Below the pieces are notes generated by a model. It saw nothing but the letters and a program-made list of their open reading frames with translations. It searched no databases and was not told the DNA's origin. A stretch of DNA of 64,000 bases from Acidobacteriota bacterium. GTDB taxonomy: Bacteria; Acidobacteriota; UBA6911; RPQK01; JAJDTT01. Every line of letters begins with the position of its first letter. Within the stretch, counting starts at the first letter, position 1. Shown here one piece after another: positions 55,159 through 64,000 of this stretch. The DNA lies in contig OZ242374.1 of NCBI GenBank assembly GCA_965209055.1, forward strand, positions 4,064,001 to 4,128,000. The letters are read 5' to 3'. The position numbers were made by a program, and so were the translations under genes.

Positions 55159-55893
55159 GTGAAAGAAGACTCTGAATCCCTGGAGAACGACTCTCCGGAG
55201 GAGATTGCGGATTCCGAAAGTCAGGCTCCGGCCGAAGAGCTGCAGGAACAGGCCCGGAGACTCCGGGTAGCGGTTCGACGGGACAGAACCGGTCCATCGG
55301 GTCCGTCGGGTCCGTCTTTCCTCGGCAAAATCCTCTATCTGGCGTTCTTCATGGGGGTAATGGGAAGCACCATCTATCTCCTCATGTTCCCCGCGGTTCG
55401 TCATGATCTGGTCCGCCAGGTATCGGAGGTGTGGATCGCCGCTTCCCGCGACGTCACCAGGTCCCACATCTATCGCCTGCCTCCCCCGCCTCCCAAACCC
55501 GCCGAGCAGAAGGTGGTCTTTCAGGCGCCGGTCCCAATCGTGTCCGGTTCCAACGTGCCGGAGGCTGGAACGGCCTCTTCCGGGGAGGACCCGGACGGAG
55601 GACCCCGCCAAACCCCGGCTCTGAAGAAGACTCGAGACTCCGAGACCGCCTACCGGCTGCTGCTGGACAAGTCGGCCGCCGCCAAGGATCTCACGGAGGG
55701 AAAGATCCCCGGCCAGGCGTTCAAGGAGTGGAGGTTGGTGAAGGACGATGTTCCTGTCTTGTGGATCGATCTCGTGGTGGCCGGGGACGCCAGCCCGGAA
55801 GTCCACTTTATCTGGTCGGTGGACCTGGAGACACGAACCGTGACCGCATTGAGCCAGGCGGCGCGGGATCTGGACCAGCCCCGGTCCGATTGA
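55159..55893 (+). CDS. Hypothetical single-TM protein
   Basis: Acidic N-terminus, one TM, Pro-rich linker, C-terminal HFIWSVDL...ALSQAARDL domain. Confidence 0.65.
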   Translation: MKEDSESLENDSPEEIADSESQAPAEELQEQARRLRVAVRRDRTGPSGPSGPSFLGKILYLAFFMGVMGSTIYLLMFPAVRHDLVRQVSEVWIAASRDVTRSHIYRLPPPPPKPAEQKVVFQAPVPIVSGSNVPEAGTASSGEDPDGGPRQTPALKKTRDSETAYRLLLDKSAAAKDLTEGKIPGQAFKEWRLVKDDVPVLWIDLVVAGDASPEVHFIWSVDLETRTVTALSQAARDLDQPRSD

Positions 55894-55900
55894 ACTCCAC

Positions 55901-57145
55901 TCAGTCGATGGATTGCAGACCGCCGGCGGGGCTCGTTCCCCCGTCGCCGAGGTAACGCCGCCGGAGATCCCGGGCCAGAACCCGTCCCGCGACCCGGTTT
56001 CCCTCGCCGGTGAGATGAGCCAAATCGAAATAGAGTTCCGGTCCGCCGGCCTGCCGCAGGTCGTGGGACGGATCCAGAAACGGAATCCGCCGGGATCGAC
56101 ATTGTTCGATGGCTCGGTCCATCAGCTTTCGGGCAAAGAGGGCATGCTCCGGAGCCTCTTTCTGGAACACGAAACGGGAGGGAATCAACAGCAGCAGAAA
56201 CGGAATCCGCTCTCGCTCAAGAAGATCCCGGATGCCTCCCAAGGCTCCGAAAAGCCTTTCCCAGCCGGCTTCGATCCGATCCCGGTCCAGAAGAAACTTT
56301 TCGTAACCCATGGCGTAGTAGGTCAGTCCCCGGGCGCTGCGGAACGGCTCGCTGGGGCTGATCCGGTACAACGACTCAAGTGATTTACGAAGAAGGACCG
56401 TGTAAGTATAGGTCTTTTCGAAGAAATAAGGTCCTCGAGACCAGGTCCCCAGAAGCTGGCCGTCCCAACCTACCACGTACCGGCCGCCGCGGACCCGTTC
56501 CGGCAGGCTCGCTTGGACTCCCGACGGCCAGCCGAGCAACGCCTCGTCGGTGACGTCGTTGCAGAGTTCGATCTGGACCAGCACCAGGTCGGGGTTCAGT
56601 TCCAGACCCTCCTGATAGAGGTAGGCCGCGTAACTGGAGGGGCTGTAACCTTGCCCCGAAGCGTTGACGACCCGGAAGCGGACGGCCCCCGGCGGATGAT
56701 TGAGTTCCCGCTGCAGAACCCTTCCGTAGCGGTCCCGGGACGCGACTCCGAGGCCGAATCCGATGGAGTCTCCCAGAGAGAGGATTCGGAATTCACCCTC
56801 CGGGGGAACGGGATCCAACGGCGGCTCGTCCCGGAAACCGTAGGCGTTGGTGACGAAGGGAATGTCCCAGAAGACCCCCTCGTAGTCTCCCTTCATGCGA
56901 ACCGGCAGATACCAGGATTCTTCGGCGTGATCCCGGGGTTCCGCGGATTCCCCGAGAAAGGAATGGCGGAGCCAGAATTCGACCGCGAGGAGAATCAGGA
57001 CGGCCAGAAGGCCGAAGAAGATCAATGCCAGGAGAAGGAGTCGACACCGCAATTCGTTTCCTGCCTTCGCCGGTGGGATTTCAGGCCTGGAAGTCCGCTT
57101 TCGCTTACGAATAGTCAAGATAGGGGTTCCCCAGGGACGATTCAA
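55901..57145 (-). CDS. Membrane-anchored SGNH/GDSL hydrolase
   Basis: Blocks LGDSIGFG, VNASGQGYS, CND and DLAH; N-terminal TM; start uncertain. Confidence 0.82.
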   Translation of the reverse strand: MNRPWGTPILTIRKRKRTSRPEIPPAKAGNELRCRLLLLALIFFGLLAVLILLAVEFWLRHSFLGESAEPRDHAEESWYLPVRMKGDYEGVFWDIPFVTNAYGFRDEPPLDPVPPEGEFRILSLGDSIGFGLGVASRDRYGRVLQRELNHPPGAVRFRVVNASGQGYSPSSYAAYLYQEGLELNPDLVLVQIELCNDVTDEALLGWPSGVQASLPERVRGGRYVVGWDGQLLGTWSRGPYFFEKTYTYTVLLRKSLESLYRISPSEPFRSARGLTYYAMGYEKFLLDRDRIEAGWERLFGALGGIRDLLERERIPFLLLLIPSRFVFQKEAPEHALFARKLMDRAIEQCRSRRIPFLDPSHDLRQAGGPELYFDLAHLTGEGNRVAGRVLARDLRRRYLGDGGTSPAGGLQSID

Positions 57146-57198
57146 GGCAACCCGCCGGGCGTCCCGTCGGCGTCAGCAGACGCTGATAAGATCCGGCC

Positions 57199-58929
57199 AT
57201 GCAACGCAGATGGACGCTGCGCGACCCGGAGCCGGAGGCGGAGGCGGTTCGGACGCTGAGTTCCGAGCTGGACATTTCGTCGCTGACGGCTCGCCTGCTG
57301 GTCAACCGCGGCATCCGGGATCCGGATGAGGCCCACCGTTTTCTCCATCCCCGATTTGAAGATCTCCACGACCCCTATCTGATGAAGGACATGGACCGGG
57401 CGGTCCCGCTCCTCTGGCAGGCGCTGCAAGATAAGAAACGTATTGTGGTCCACGGCGACTACGACGTGGACGGCATCACCTCAAGCCTGATCCTGAAACG
57501 GGGGCTTGAAATGCTGGGCGGCCGCGTCGGCATCCATATCCCCGGACGGCTCACCGACGGATACGGAATTCAGACCGATTTCGTGGAACGGTGCCACCGG
57601 GACGGGGTGGACCTGCTGGTGACCTCGGACTGTGGAATTCGGGCCTTCGAAGCTTGCGGCCGGGCGCGCGAGTTGGGCCTCGACGTTCTGATTTGCGACC
57701 ATCACCTGCCCTCCGCGGAACTTCCGCCGGCGCGGGCCATCCTCAATCCGCACCGGGCCGACTGTGACTACCCGGGCCGGAACCTGTCGGCGGCTGGCGT
57801 CGTTTTCAAGCTGGTGCAGGGACTCTTCGAAACAGCCGGGCGCACCCGGGTGCTTCCCCATTTTCTGAAGGTCGTGGCCTTGGGAACGGCGGCCGACATG
57901 GTCCCCCTGACCGGAGAGAACCGGATCCTGGTCAAGCTGGGGTTGGAGGGCCTGGCCCAACCGCACAACGTGGGCCTGCGGGCCCTGCTCCACGGCGCCG
58001 GAGTCTCCGGAGAAGTGGAGATCGAGGACGTGGCTTTCAGGATCGCTCCACGCATCAATGCGGTGACCCGCATGGGGGGCGGACCCGAGGTATTGGATCT
58101 CTTCGATACCCGCGACAGGTCGCGGGCCCAGGCGATCGTCCGGGACATGAATGCGAGGAACCGGGAGCGGCGGCGGCAGGAGGAGGCCATTCTGGCGGAG
58201 ATCCGCGAGTGGGAGGAGAACCGGCCGGAACTGTTCCGGAAAGCCTTCATCGTCCTGGCTGGGAGAAACTGGCACCGGGGGGTCATCGGGATCATTGCCT
58301 CGAGGGTGGCCAGGCGTTTCTTTCGCCCCACGCTGGTGTTCTCGATGGGAGAATCCGACTGCCAGGCTTCGGGGCGGAGCATCCCCGGCTTCCATCTGCT
58401 GGAAGCACTGGAAGGGTGCGGAGACCTCCTGGATCGATTTGGCGGGCATGCTCAGGCGGTAGGTTGCGCCATGGAGGGCAGCGATTCTTTGGATGACCGC
58501 CTCCGGACCCTTTCGGATCGTCTCGATTCCCACGCCCGGACGGTCCTGTCCACAGAGGATCTGACTCCCGTGGTCCCATTGGACTCCTATTTGAGGCCGG
58601 GCCTCCTTTCGTTGTCGCTGTACCGGGAGATTCAACGGCTGGCGCCATTCGGGGTAGGGAATCCGGTTCCCGTATTCGCCAGCCGCGGGTTGGATGTGAC
58701 CGGCGGTCCCTGGGTATTGAAGAACAGGCATCTGAAGGTCCGTCTCGGCGCCAACGGAGCCGGCGTCGACGCCATCTGGTGGAAGAACGGGGATGCCGCT
58801 GATACCATACCGAGAGGATCGAAGATCGATGTGGCGTACACCTTGAACCGGAACCAGTACCGGGGCGTGGAGAGTCTGCTCATGACGGTCCAGGATCTGC
58901 GCAAGCACCCGGTCTCGACCGATTCCTGA
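57199..58929 (+). CDS. recJ: Single-stranded-DNA-specific exonuclease RecJ
   Basis: HGDYDVDG, SDCG, DHH, PRINA..R, WHRGVIGIIASR, FGGHAQAVG, PFGVGNP. Confidence 0.95.
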   Translation: MQRRWTLRDPEPEAEAVRTLSSELDISSLTARLLVNRGIRDPDEAHRFLHPRFEDLHDPYLMKDMDRAVPLLWQALQDKKRIVVHGDYDVDGITSSLILKRGLEMLGGRVGIHIPGRLTDGYGIQTDFVERCHRDGVDLLVTSDCGIRAFEACGRARELGLDVLICDHHLPSAELPPARAILNPHRADCDYPGRNLSAAGVVFKLVQGLFETAGRTRVLPHFLKVVALGTAADMVPLTGENRILVKLGLEGLAQPHNVGLRALLHGAGVSGEVEIEDVAFRIAPRINAVTRMGGGPEVLDLFDTRDRSRAQAIVRDMNARNRERRRQEEAILAEIREWEENRPELFRKAFIVLAGRNWHRGVIGIIASRVARRFFRPTLVFSMGESDCQASGRSIPGFHLLEALEGCGDLLDRFGGHAQAVGCAMEGSDSLDDRLRTLSDRLDSHARTVLSTEDLTPVVPLDSYLRPGLLSLSLYREIQRLAPFGVGNPVPVFASRGLDVTGGPWVLKNRHLKVRLGANGAGVDAIWWKNGDAADTIPRGSKIDVAYTLNRNQYRGVESLLMTVQDLRKHPVSTDS

Positions 58930-59134
58930 CGGCCTTCGACACACGTCGTCACAGGCCCGTGAACGATCCTTTTCGGCTTTCCGTCCAATTGGGAGACGGG
59001 CCGGGCGGCCTTTCGTCTCGTTGAGCGGGGCGATTCGATGACCCCTCGGGGACGGCCTCGAATCGCGGCCGGAGCCGGGCCGCCCGCCGGCGCATTTCGA
59101 CGGGCCGAAAGGACTGCTGCAGACCGGACTCTCT

Positions 59135-61468
59135 ATGCGTCCCCGTTCCCTCAAGCTCATCCGGCTGTTCCTGATCGTGGTCCTGGTGACGGCCATGGGA
59201 GCCGTGGTCTGGAGCTTCCTGACCCGGCGGGACGCCCGGCCCCCCTTGGCGCGGGAACGCCTCCTCTCTCCCGAGTTGCTCCAGCAGAGCACCGAATTCG
59301 AGCATACCCATCACGAGGAAGGACGAACCGTCTACAAGGTGGAGGCCGGGACCGGCACCGAAACGGTCAAGAAAATCCATCGTCTTTTCGGCGTGAAACT
59401 GACCCACTTCGGTCCGGACGGGAGTTCTGTCGAGGAGATCTCGGGAGACGAAGCGATTTACCGGGTGGTCGAAAACCGGATCGAGTTCACCGGCAAGGTT
59501 CGTATCGAGCTATCGGATGGAACGACCATTGACGCGGATCGTCTGAAGGCCGACCTGGCCCGGAACGTAGTGGCCATCGAGGAGGGTTTTCGCTTCGGAA
59601 TGGAGAAGCTCTCCGGTCACGGCCGGTCTCTCAGCTACGAGATCCGGCAGAGCCGGCTTCGGATCGACGACGAGTTCGAGCTGAACATCACCCAAGGCGC
59701 CGATCGCCTCCAGGTGACGGCGTCACGGGCTTTGTACGATCTGGAGGACCGCAGGGTCGATCTGTTGGACGGGGCCCGGATCCAAGGTCCCCAGGGGGAC
59801 CTCGCCGCCGGGTACGTCCGTGTCTTTCTGACCGACGACCGGGCCGTGGAGAGGATGTTCACCTCGCGCGGCGTGCGACTGGTGCTGGATTCGGACCGGA
59901 CCTTCACCGGGGAGTCCATCCATCTGTTCGCGGCTGCCGATGGGGGGAGGATCCAGAGCTTCTATGTCTACTCGGGCAAAGCCACACCCGATTCTCCTGA
60001 ACAGCGCGCCGTGTACGAAGACCCCGAGACCTATCTGGAAGCGGATCGCATCGATGGGTTGGCCGGATCTCCAGGCGCGGAGGAGACACGGTTTCTGGCG
60101 CACCGGCGCGTCGTCTTCCGTTCCCGGAATCTGGGTCTGGAAGAAGGGCGCGCCGACGAGTTGACAGCTCATCTGAGTCTTGAACATCACCGGCTCAAGT
60201 GGCTGGAAATGCGGGGAAAGACGGCACTGGTCGGTCGGCTTCGAGAGCTCGACGATTCTCGCGAGTCGATCCAAGGAGACCTGCTGGTTCTGGATCTTGG
60301 CGCTGACGGAGTCTTGGATCGCGCCACCATTTCAGGGAACACCGTAGCCCGGTCCCGAACCGGAGAGGGGACTTCGGCCCAGCTTCGAGCCGGACGAATG
60401 GACGCATTTTACCGGGGTGGAATACTGAAGAGGCTCGTGGCCACGCAAAACCCGGTTCTGCGCCAGCAGGTTCCCGAGGGGGAACGGACTGTGGAGTCGG
60501 ACCGCATGGAGGCTGTTTTCGAGGAGGAGGGCGTGCTGAGTGTGGCGGCGGTGGGCGGGGTCCGTTGGACCATGAATTCGGAAACCACGAAACGGGACGG
60601 GGAAAGCGGGCGGCTCGATCTTGGATTCCTCGGCGAGCAAATCCACGAAGCCCGGGGGGAGGGCCAGGTGGTCTACCGGGAAGAAAGTTCTTCCGGACGC
60701 GTCACCCTGAAGGCGAGCAACGCTGAGTTCGACGCCGGACAGAACTTGTTTTCCTTTTCGGACCCGGACGGCGCCCACCTTTACTACTCCGAAGATACGA
60801 TGGAAGGCGCAGGCGGGGTGGAGTCGCGGACCCGGGCGGACGGATTTCAGGTGGACGCGGGCGGGGAAGAACTGTCTGCGGCCGGGAGAGTCCAGACCCT
60901 CTTCAGTCGTCCCGGGAAAGAACCGGTTCTGATCCAGGCCGATCGCCTGGTGTTGGATTCCGGTGCCAAATCCCTCTCCTATGCCGGCAATCCGCGGATC
61001 CTCCGGGAATCCCACCTGATCGCGGGAACGACGATTCGCTTGGACTCGGCCGGTGAACGGCTGGAGGTCCAGGACGTGGACAGCACCTTTTGGGACCCTG
61101 GGGAAGTATCGGGCCGCCAATACCGGATCCAGGCGCCCCAGCTCGTCTACCAGCGGAGCTCCGGAAGGGCGGCCTACCGAGGCGGCGTCCGGATGCAGTC
61201 CGGTCACTTCCAGGTGAAATCCTCCCATGTGGACTTCCAGTTGGAGGATTCCCCTGCGAGCACCATTCAGAGCATTGCCGCGGGAGGAGAGGTCGAGATC
61301 CGGCAGGGAGATCGAAGGGCCCGGGGCGATCATGCCGTGTATCATCCCCGGGAGGGCCGCGTGGAGTTGACCGGGGAACTCGCCGAGGTGATGGAGCCGC
61401 TGCGCGGCAGCGCGTCCGGGCGGAGGGTGACGTTGTTCGTGGAAACCGACAGGATCGTCATCGACTAG
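59135..61468 (+). CDS. Extended LptC/LptA-type (OstA beta-jellyroll repeat) LPS transport protein
   Basis: N-terminal TM then ~740 aa of repeated beta-jellyroll-like segments, ending IAAGGEVEIRQGDRRARGDHAVY...VELTG; directly upstream of lptB. Confidence 0.78.
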   Translation: MRPRSLKLIRLFLIVVLVTAMGAVVWSFLTRRDARPPLARERLLSPELLQQSTEFEHTHHEEGRTVYKVEAGTGTETVKKIHRLFGVKLTHFGPDGSSVEEISGDEAIYRVVENRIEFTGKVRIELSDGTTIDADRLKADLARNVVAIEEGFRFGMEKLSGHGRSLSYEIRQSRLRIDDEFELNITQGADRLQVTASRALYDLEDRRVDLLDGARIQGPQGDLAAGYVRVFLTDDRAVERMFTSRGVRLVLDSDRTFTGESIHLFAAADGGRIQSFYVYSGKATPDSPEQRAVYEDPETYLEADRIDGLAGSPGAEETRFLAHRRVVFRSRNLGLEEGRADELTAHLSLEHHRLKWLEMRGKTALVGRLRELDDSRESIQGDLLVLDLGADGVLDRATISGNTVARSRTGEGTSAQLRAGRMDAFYRGGILKRLVATQNPVLRQQVPEGERTVESDRMEAVFEEEGVLSVAAVGGVRWTMNSETTKRDGESGRLDLGFLGEQIHEARGEGQVVYREESSSGRVTLKASNAEFDAGQNLFSFSDPDGAHLYYSEDTMEGAGGVESRTRADGFQVDAGGEELSAAGRVQTLFSRPGKEPVLIQADRLVLDSGAKSLSYAGNPRILRESHLIAGTTIRLDSAGERLEVQDVDSTFWDPGEVSGRQYRIQAPQLVYQRSSGRAAYRGGVRMQSGHFQVKSSHVDFQLEDSPASTIQSIAAGGEVEIRQGDRRARGDHAVYHPREGRVELTGELAEVMEPLRGSASGRRVTLFVETDRIVID

Positions 61469-61629
61469 CCGGCCCCGCCAACGGCGCCGTGACCCGTCGT
61501 CGCCGGGCCCGGAACCGGCGGTTGTGCCGGTCTGGCGTCGGTTACCGTCGTTCGCAGTCTTTTGCTTGACATGGGGAATCCCGCGCCGAGTTGGACACGG
61601 TCCGATACCGTCCTGTTTTCCCGTTTCAA

Positions 61630-62376
61630 ATGAGCAAGGGGGACATTCTGGAGAAGGTTCTCAAGGCACGGAGCCTCTATAAATCATATCGGAGCAGGCA
61701 GGTGGTCGGTGACGTGAGCCTCACCATCTCATCGGGTGAGGTCGTTGGCCTGCTGGGTCCCAACGGCGCCGGAAAGACCACCACCTTCTACATGATCGTC
61801 GGTTTGCTGGATCCGGACAGGGGCGAGGTGTTTCTGGACGGCGAGGACATCACTCCCCTGCCCATGTACGTTCGGGCGCGAAGAGGGATCAGCTACCTCT
61901 CCCAGGAACCTTCCGTGTTTCGCCGGCTCTCGGTGGAGGACAATCTGTACGCCATCGCCGAAACCCTGGATCTTCCCCACGGGGAATCGGACCAGTTGGT
62001 CAGCGAGCTGCTGGAGGAATTTGGGATCGCTGCCCTGAGGGACCGTCCGGCCTATACCCTTTCCGGCGGCGAGAGGCGGCGTCTGGAAATCGCTCGCGCG
62101 CTGGTGATCCGGCCCGATTTCATCTTGCTGGACGAGCCGTTCGCCGGAATCGATCCCATTGCCGTCCTGGATATCCAACGCATGGTCACCCGGCTCCAAG
62201 CGCGGAATATCGGTGTGTTGATCACTGATCACAACGTTCGCGAAACTCTTCGGATCACGGATCGGGCCTACATCATCACCGAAGGCAGGATCTTTCGAGC
62301 AGGCACCCCGGACCTGCTCTCCGCCGATCCGGACGTCCGCAAAGTTTACCTGGGAGATCACTTCCAGCTATACTGA
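61630..62376 (+). CDS. lptB: LPS export ABC transporter ATPase
   Basis: [62 protein letters not shown]. Confidence 0.95.
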   Translation: MSKGDILEKVLKARSLYKSYRSRQVVGDVSLTISSGEVVGLLGPNGAGKTTTFYMIVGLLDPDRGEVFLDGEDITPLPMYVRARRGISYLSQEPSVFRRLSVEDNLYAIAETLDLPHGESDQLVSELLEEFGIAALRDRPAYTLSGGERRRLEIARALVIRPDFILLDEPFAGIDPIAVLDIQRMVTRLQARNIGVLITDHNVRETLRITDRAYIITEGRIFRAGTPDLLSADPDVRKVYLGDHFQLY

Positions 62377-62591
62377 GTCCAGTGGGCGCCGGTTGGACTG
62401 GCCTGAAGCTTCCCGTCGTACTGCAGGGATTCATCCGGAAAAGACGGCGCCAGGAAGCATTCTCGTTCGGAGGGAAACGAGGGCCAGCGAAGTCCAACGG
62501 GATGCTGGCCGGGCCAAATCCGGACCAAATGACGTGCCGACTTTTGCTTCGGGCCGCCAAGGGACCCTGAACCGGAACACTCCGGAGTGCC

Positions 62592-64000
62592 ATGAGTCGA
62601 CGCGCTCAATTGAAACCCTCCCTGGTACTCGGCCTGTCGCAACGGCTGGCCATCACCCCCTCGCTCCTCCAGAAGATTGAACTCCTCTCCGTAAACCAGT
62701 TGGAACTCTCGGAGATTCTCCAACAGGAGCTGGAGGAGAACCCCTTGTTGGACGACGTTTCGGATCATTTCGAAGCCGGCCCGGAGGTTTCGGAACCGGC
62801 CCGGGAATCGGAGCAGGACGCGGACCCGCCGGAGGAGGGAAGCCACCTGGAAGACCTGGACTTCGAATATTTCTTCGGAGACTACCTGGGATCGAGTTAC
62901 GAGCGCCAGGAATTCGAACCGGTGGAACAGAAGGCTTCATTCGAGCAGTTCCTCTCATCCGCCGATACTTTGTGGGATTACCTGAATTGGCAGTTGAATC
63001 TGAACGGTATGGATCCGGACCTGCGGGAGATTGCCCATTTCATCGTGGGAAATCTGGACGAGGACGGTTACCTGACCCTCACCCCGAAGGAGATCTGCCA
63101 GCAGTTGCAGGTTCCTTCAGGTCGAGTCGACGATGCTCTGGCGGCGGTGCAGTCCCTCGATCCGGTGGGCGTCGCCTGCCGCGACCTGCGCGAATGCCTC
63201 TTGCTGCAGGCGAGAGCTGCGGGTCTGGAGGACTCTCTGGTCGGCGCACTGATTCGGGACTGCCTGCCGCTGATCGAAGGCAGGAAATATTCCAGGATTC
63301 TGAATCACCTGGCATGCGATCCCAAGGATCTCTCCCGCGCTCTCGAACTGATTCGAGGCTTTTCGCCGCGCCCGGGGCAGAAATTTGCCTCCGCCCAACC
63401 GGTTTACGTCCGGCCGGACGTGCACATTCGAAAGATTGAAGGCGAATACCAGGTCAGCCTCAATGACGATGGGCTGCCCAAGCTGAAAATCAACCGTGCC
63501 TACCGGAAGCTGCTTCGCAAGCACGGCGTCTCCAAGGAAACCAAGAGCTTCATCCGCGAGCGATTCCGGTCGGCCATCGAGTTGCTGCGAGGGGTGGATC
63601 AACGGCAGGAGACCATCTTTAGAGTCTGTCGCGTCATCGTCCGGCACCAGTACGACTTCATGGAATCGGGCATCCGGAAGTTGAGGCCGTTGTTGATCAA
63701 GGATGTGGCCGATGAACTGGGTGTTCATCCGTCCACCATCAGCCGCGTCGTCGCCAACAAGTATGCCCACACCCCGCAGGGCATGATGGAGTTGCGCCGA
63801 TTTTTCTCCGTGGGCGTGGGGCACGCCAATGGAGAGAACGTCTCCACCATGCAGGTGAAGGACCGGCTCAAGACCCTGATCCGGCGCGAGGATCCCAAAA
63901 AGCCCCTGTCCGACCAGAAACTCACCAACCTGTTGAACCGGGACGGGATCCGCATCACCCGTCGCACCGTCGCCAAGTATCGGGATCAGATGAGAATTCC
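62592..64000 (+). CDS. rpoN: RNA polymerase sigma-54 factor (3'-truncated by window edge; absent from ORF track)
   Basis: ATG 62592 MSRRAQLKPSLVLGLSQRLAITPSLLQKIELL; GNLDEDGYL, DPVGV, HPSTISR, PLSDQ, RpoN box TRRTVAKYRD in frame. Confidence 0.95.
   Translation, partial: MSRRAQLKPSLVLGLSQRLAITPSLLQKIELLSVNQLELSEILQQELEENPLLDDVSDHFEAGPEVSEPARESEQDADPPEEGSHLEDLDFEYFFGDYLGSSYERQEFEPVEQKASFEQFLSSADTLWDYLNWQLNLNGMDPDLREIAHFIVGNLDEDGYLTLTPKEICQQLQVPSGRVDDALAAVQSLDPVGVACRDLRECLLLQARAAGLEDSLVGALIRDCLPLIEGRKYSRILNHLACDPKDLSRALELIRGFSPRPGQKFASAQPVYVRPDVHIRKIEGEYQVSLNDDGLPKLKINRAYRKLLRKHGVSKETKSFIRERFRSAIELLRGVDQRQETIFRVCRVIVRHQYDFMESGIRKLRPLLIKDVADELGVHPSTISRVVANKYAHTPQGMMELRRFFSVGVGHANGENVSTMQVKDRLKTLIRREDPKKPLSDQKLTNLLNRDGIRITRRTVAKYRDQMRI

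Overview
High-GC bacterial chromosomal window with no rRNA, tRNA, CRISPR array, transposase or prophage that I can see. The gene families suggest Acidobacteriota (inference): acidobacterial-type VWA protein, Oar-like TonB-dependent barrel, TIGR02999-type ECF sigma with Ser/Thr kinase, DUF1549/DUF1553 with DUF1501, and a long LptC/LptA-type protein. Left to right: partial enolase-superfamily dehydratase, orphan antitoxin, core MetE-like enzyme with an SSS transporter; a ~9.3 kb minus-strand run of lipid-related genes (two paralogous exported START-like proteins bracketing ECF sigma, membrane kinase, CDP-alcohol phosphotransferase and GtrA, then DUF3891, a eukaryote-like alkyl-DHAP synthase and a DHRS7B-like SDR); DUF1553/DUF1501/PQQ-propeller; YhaO/YhaN; a porin; a Gly/Arg-rich exported-protein operon with an unusual TonB-barrel fusion; transporters; a 9 x 43 bp hairpin array; hydrolases; ECF with an anti-sigma-vWA fusion; moaD-moaE-mog; nfeD-slipin-SPOR-lnt-prfB (programmed frameshift); recJ; lptC/A-lptB-rpoN (partial). 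The best candidate for a new system is a peroxisome-like ether-lipid module (AGPS plus candidate alkyl-DHAP reductase) beside a kinase/ECF-controlled lipid-remodelling cassette. All family calls come from motif recognition, not database searches.
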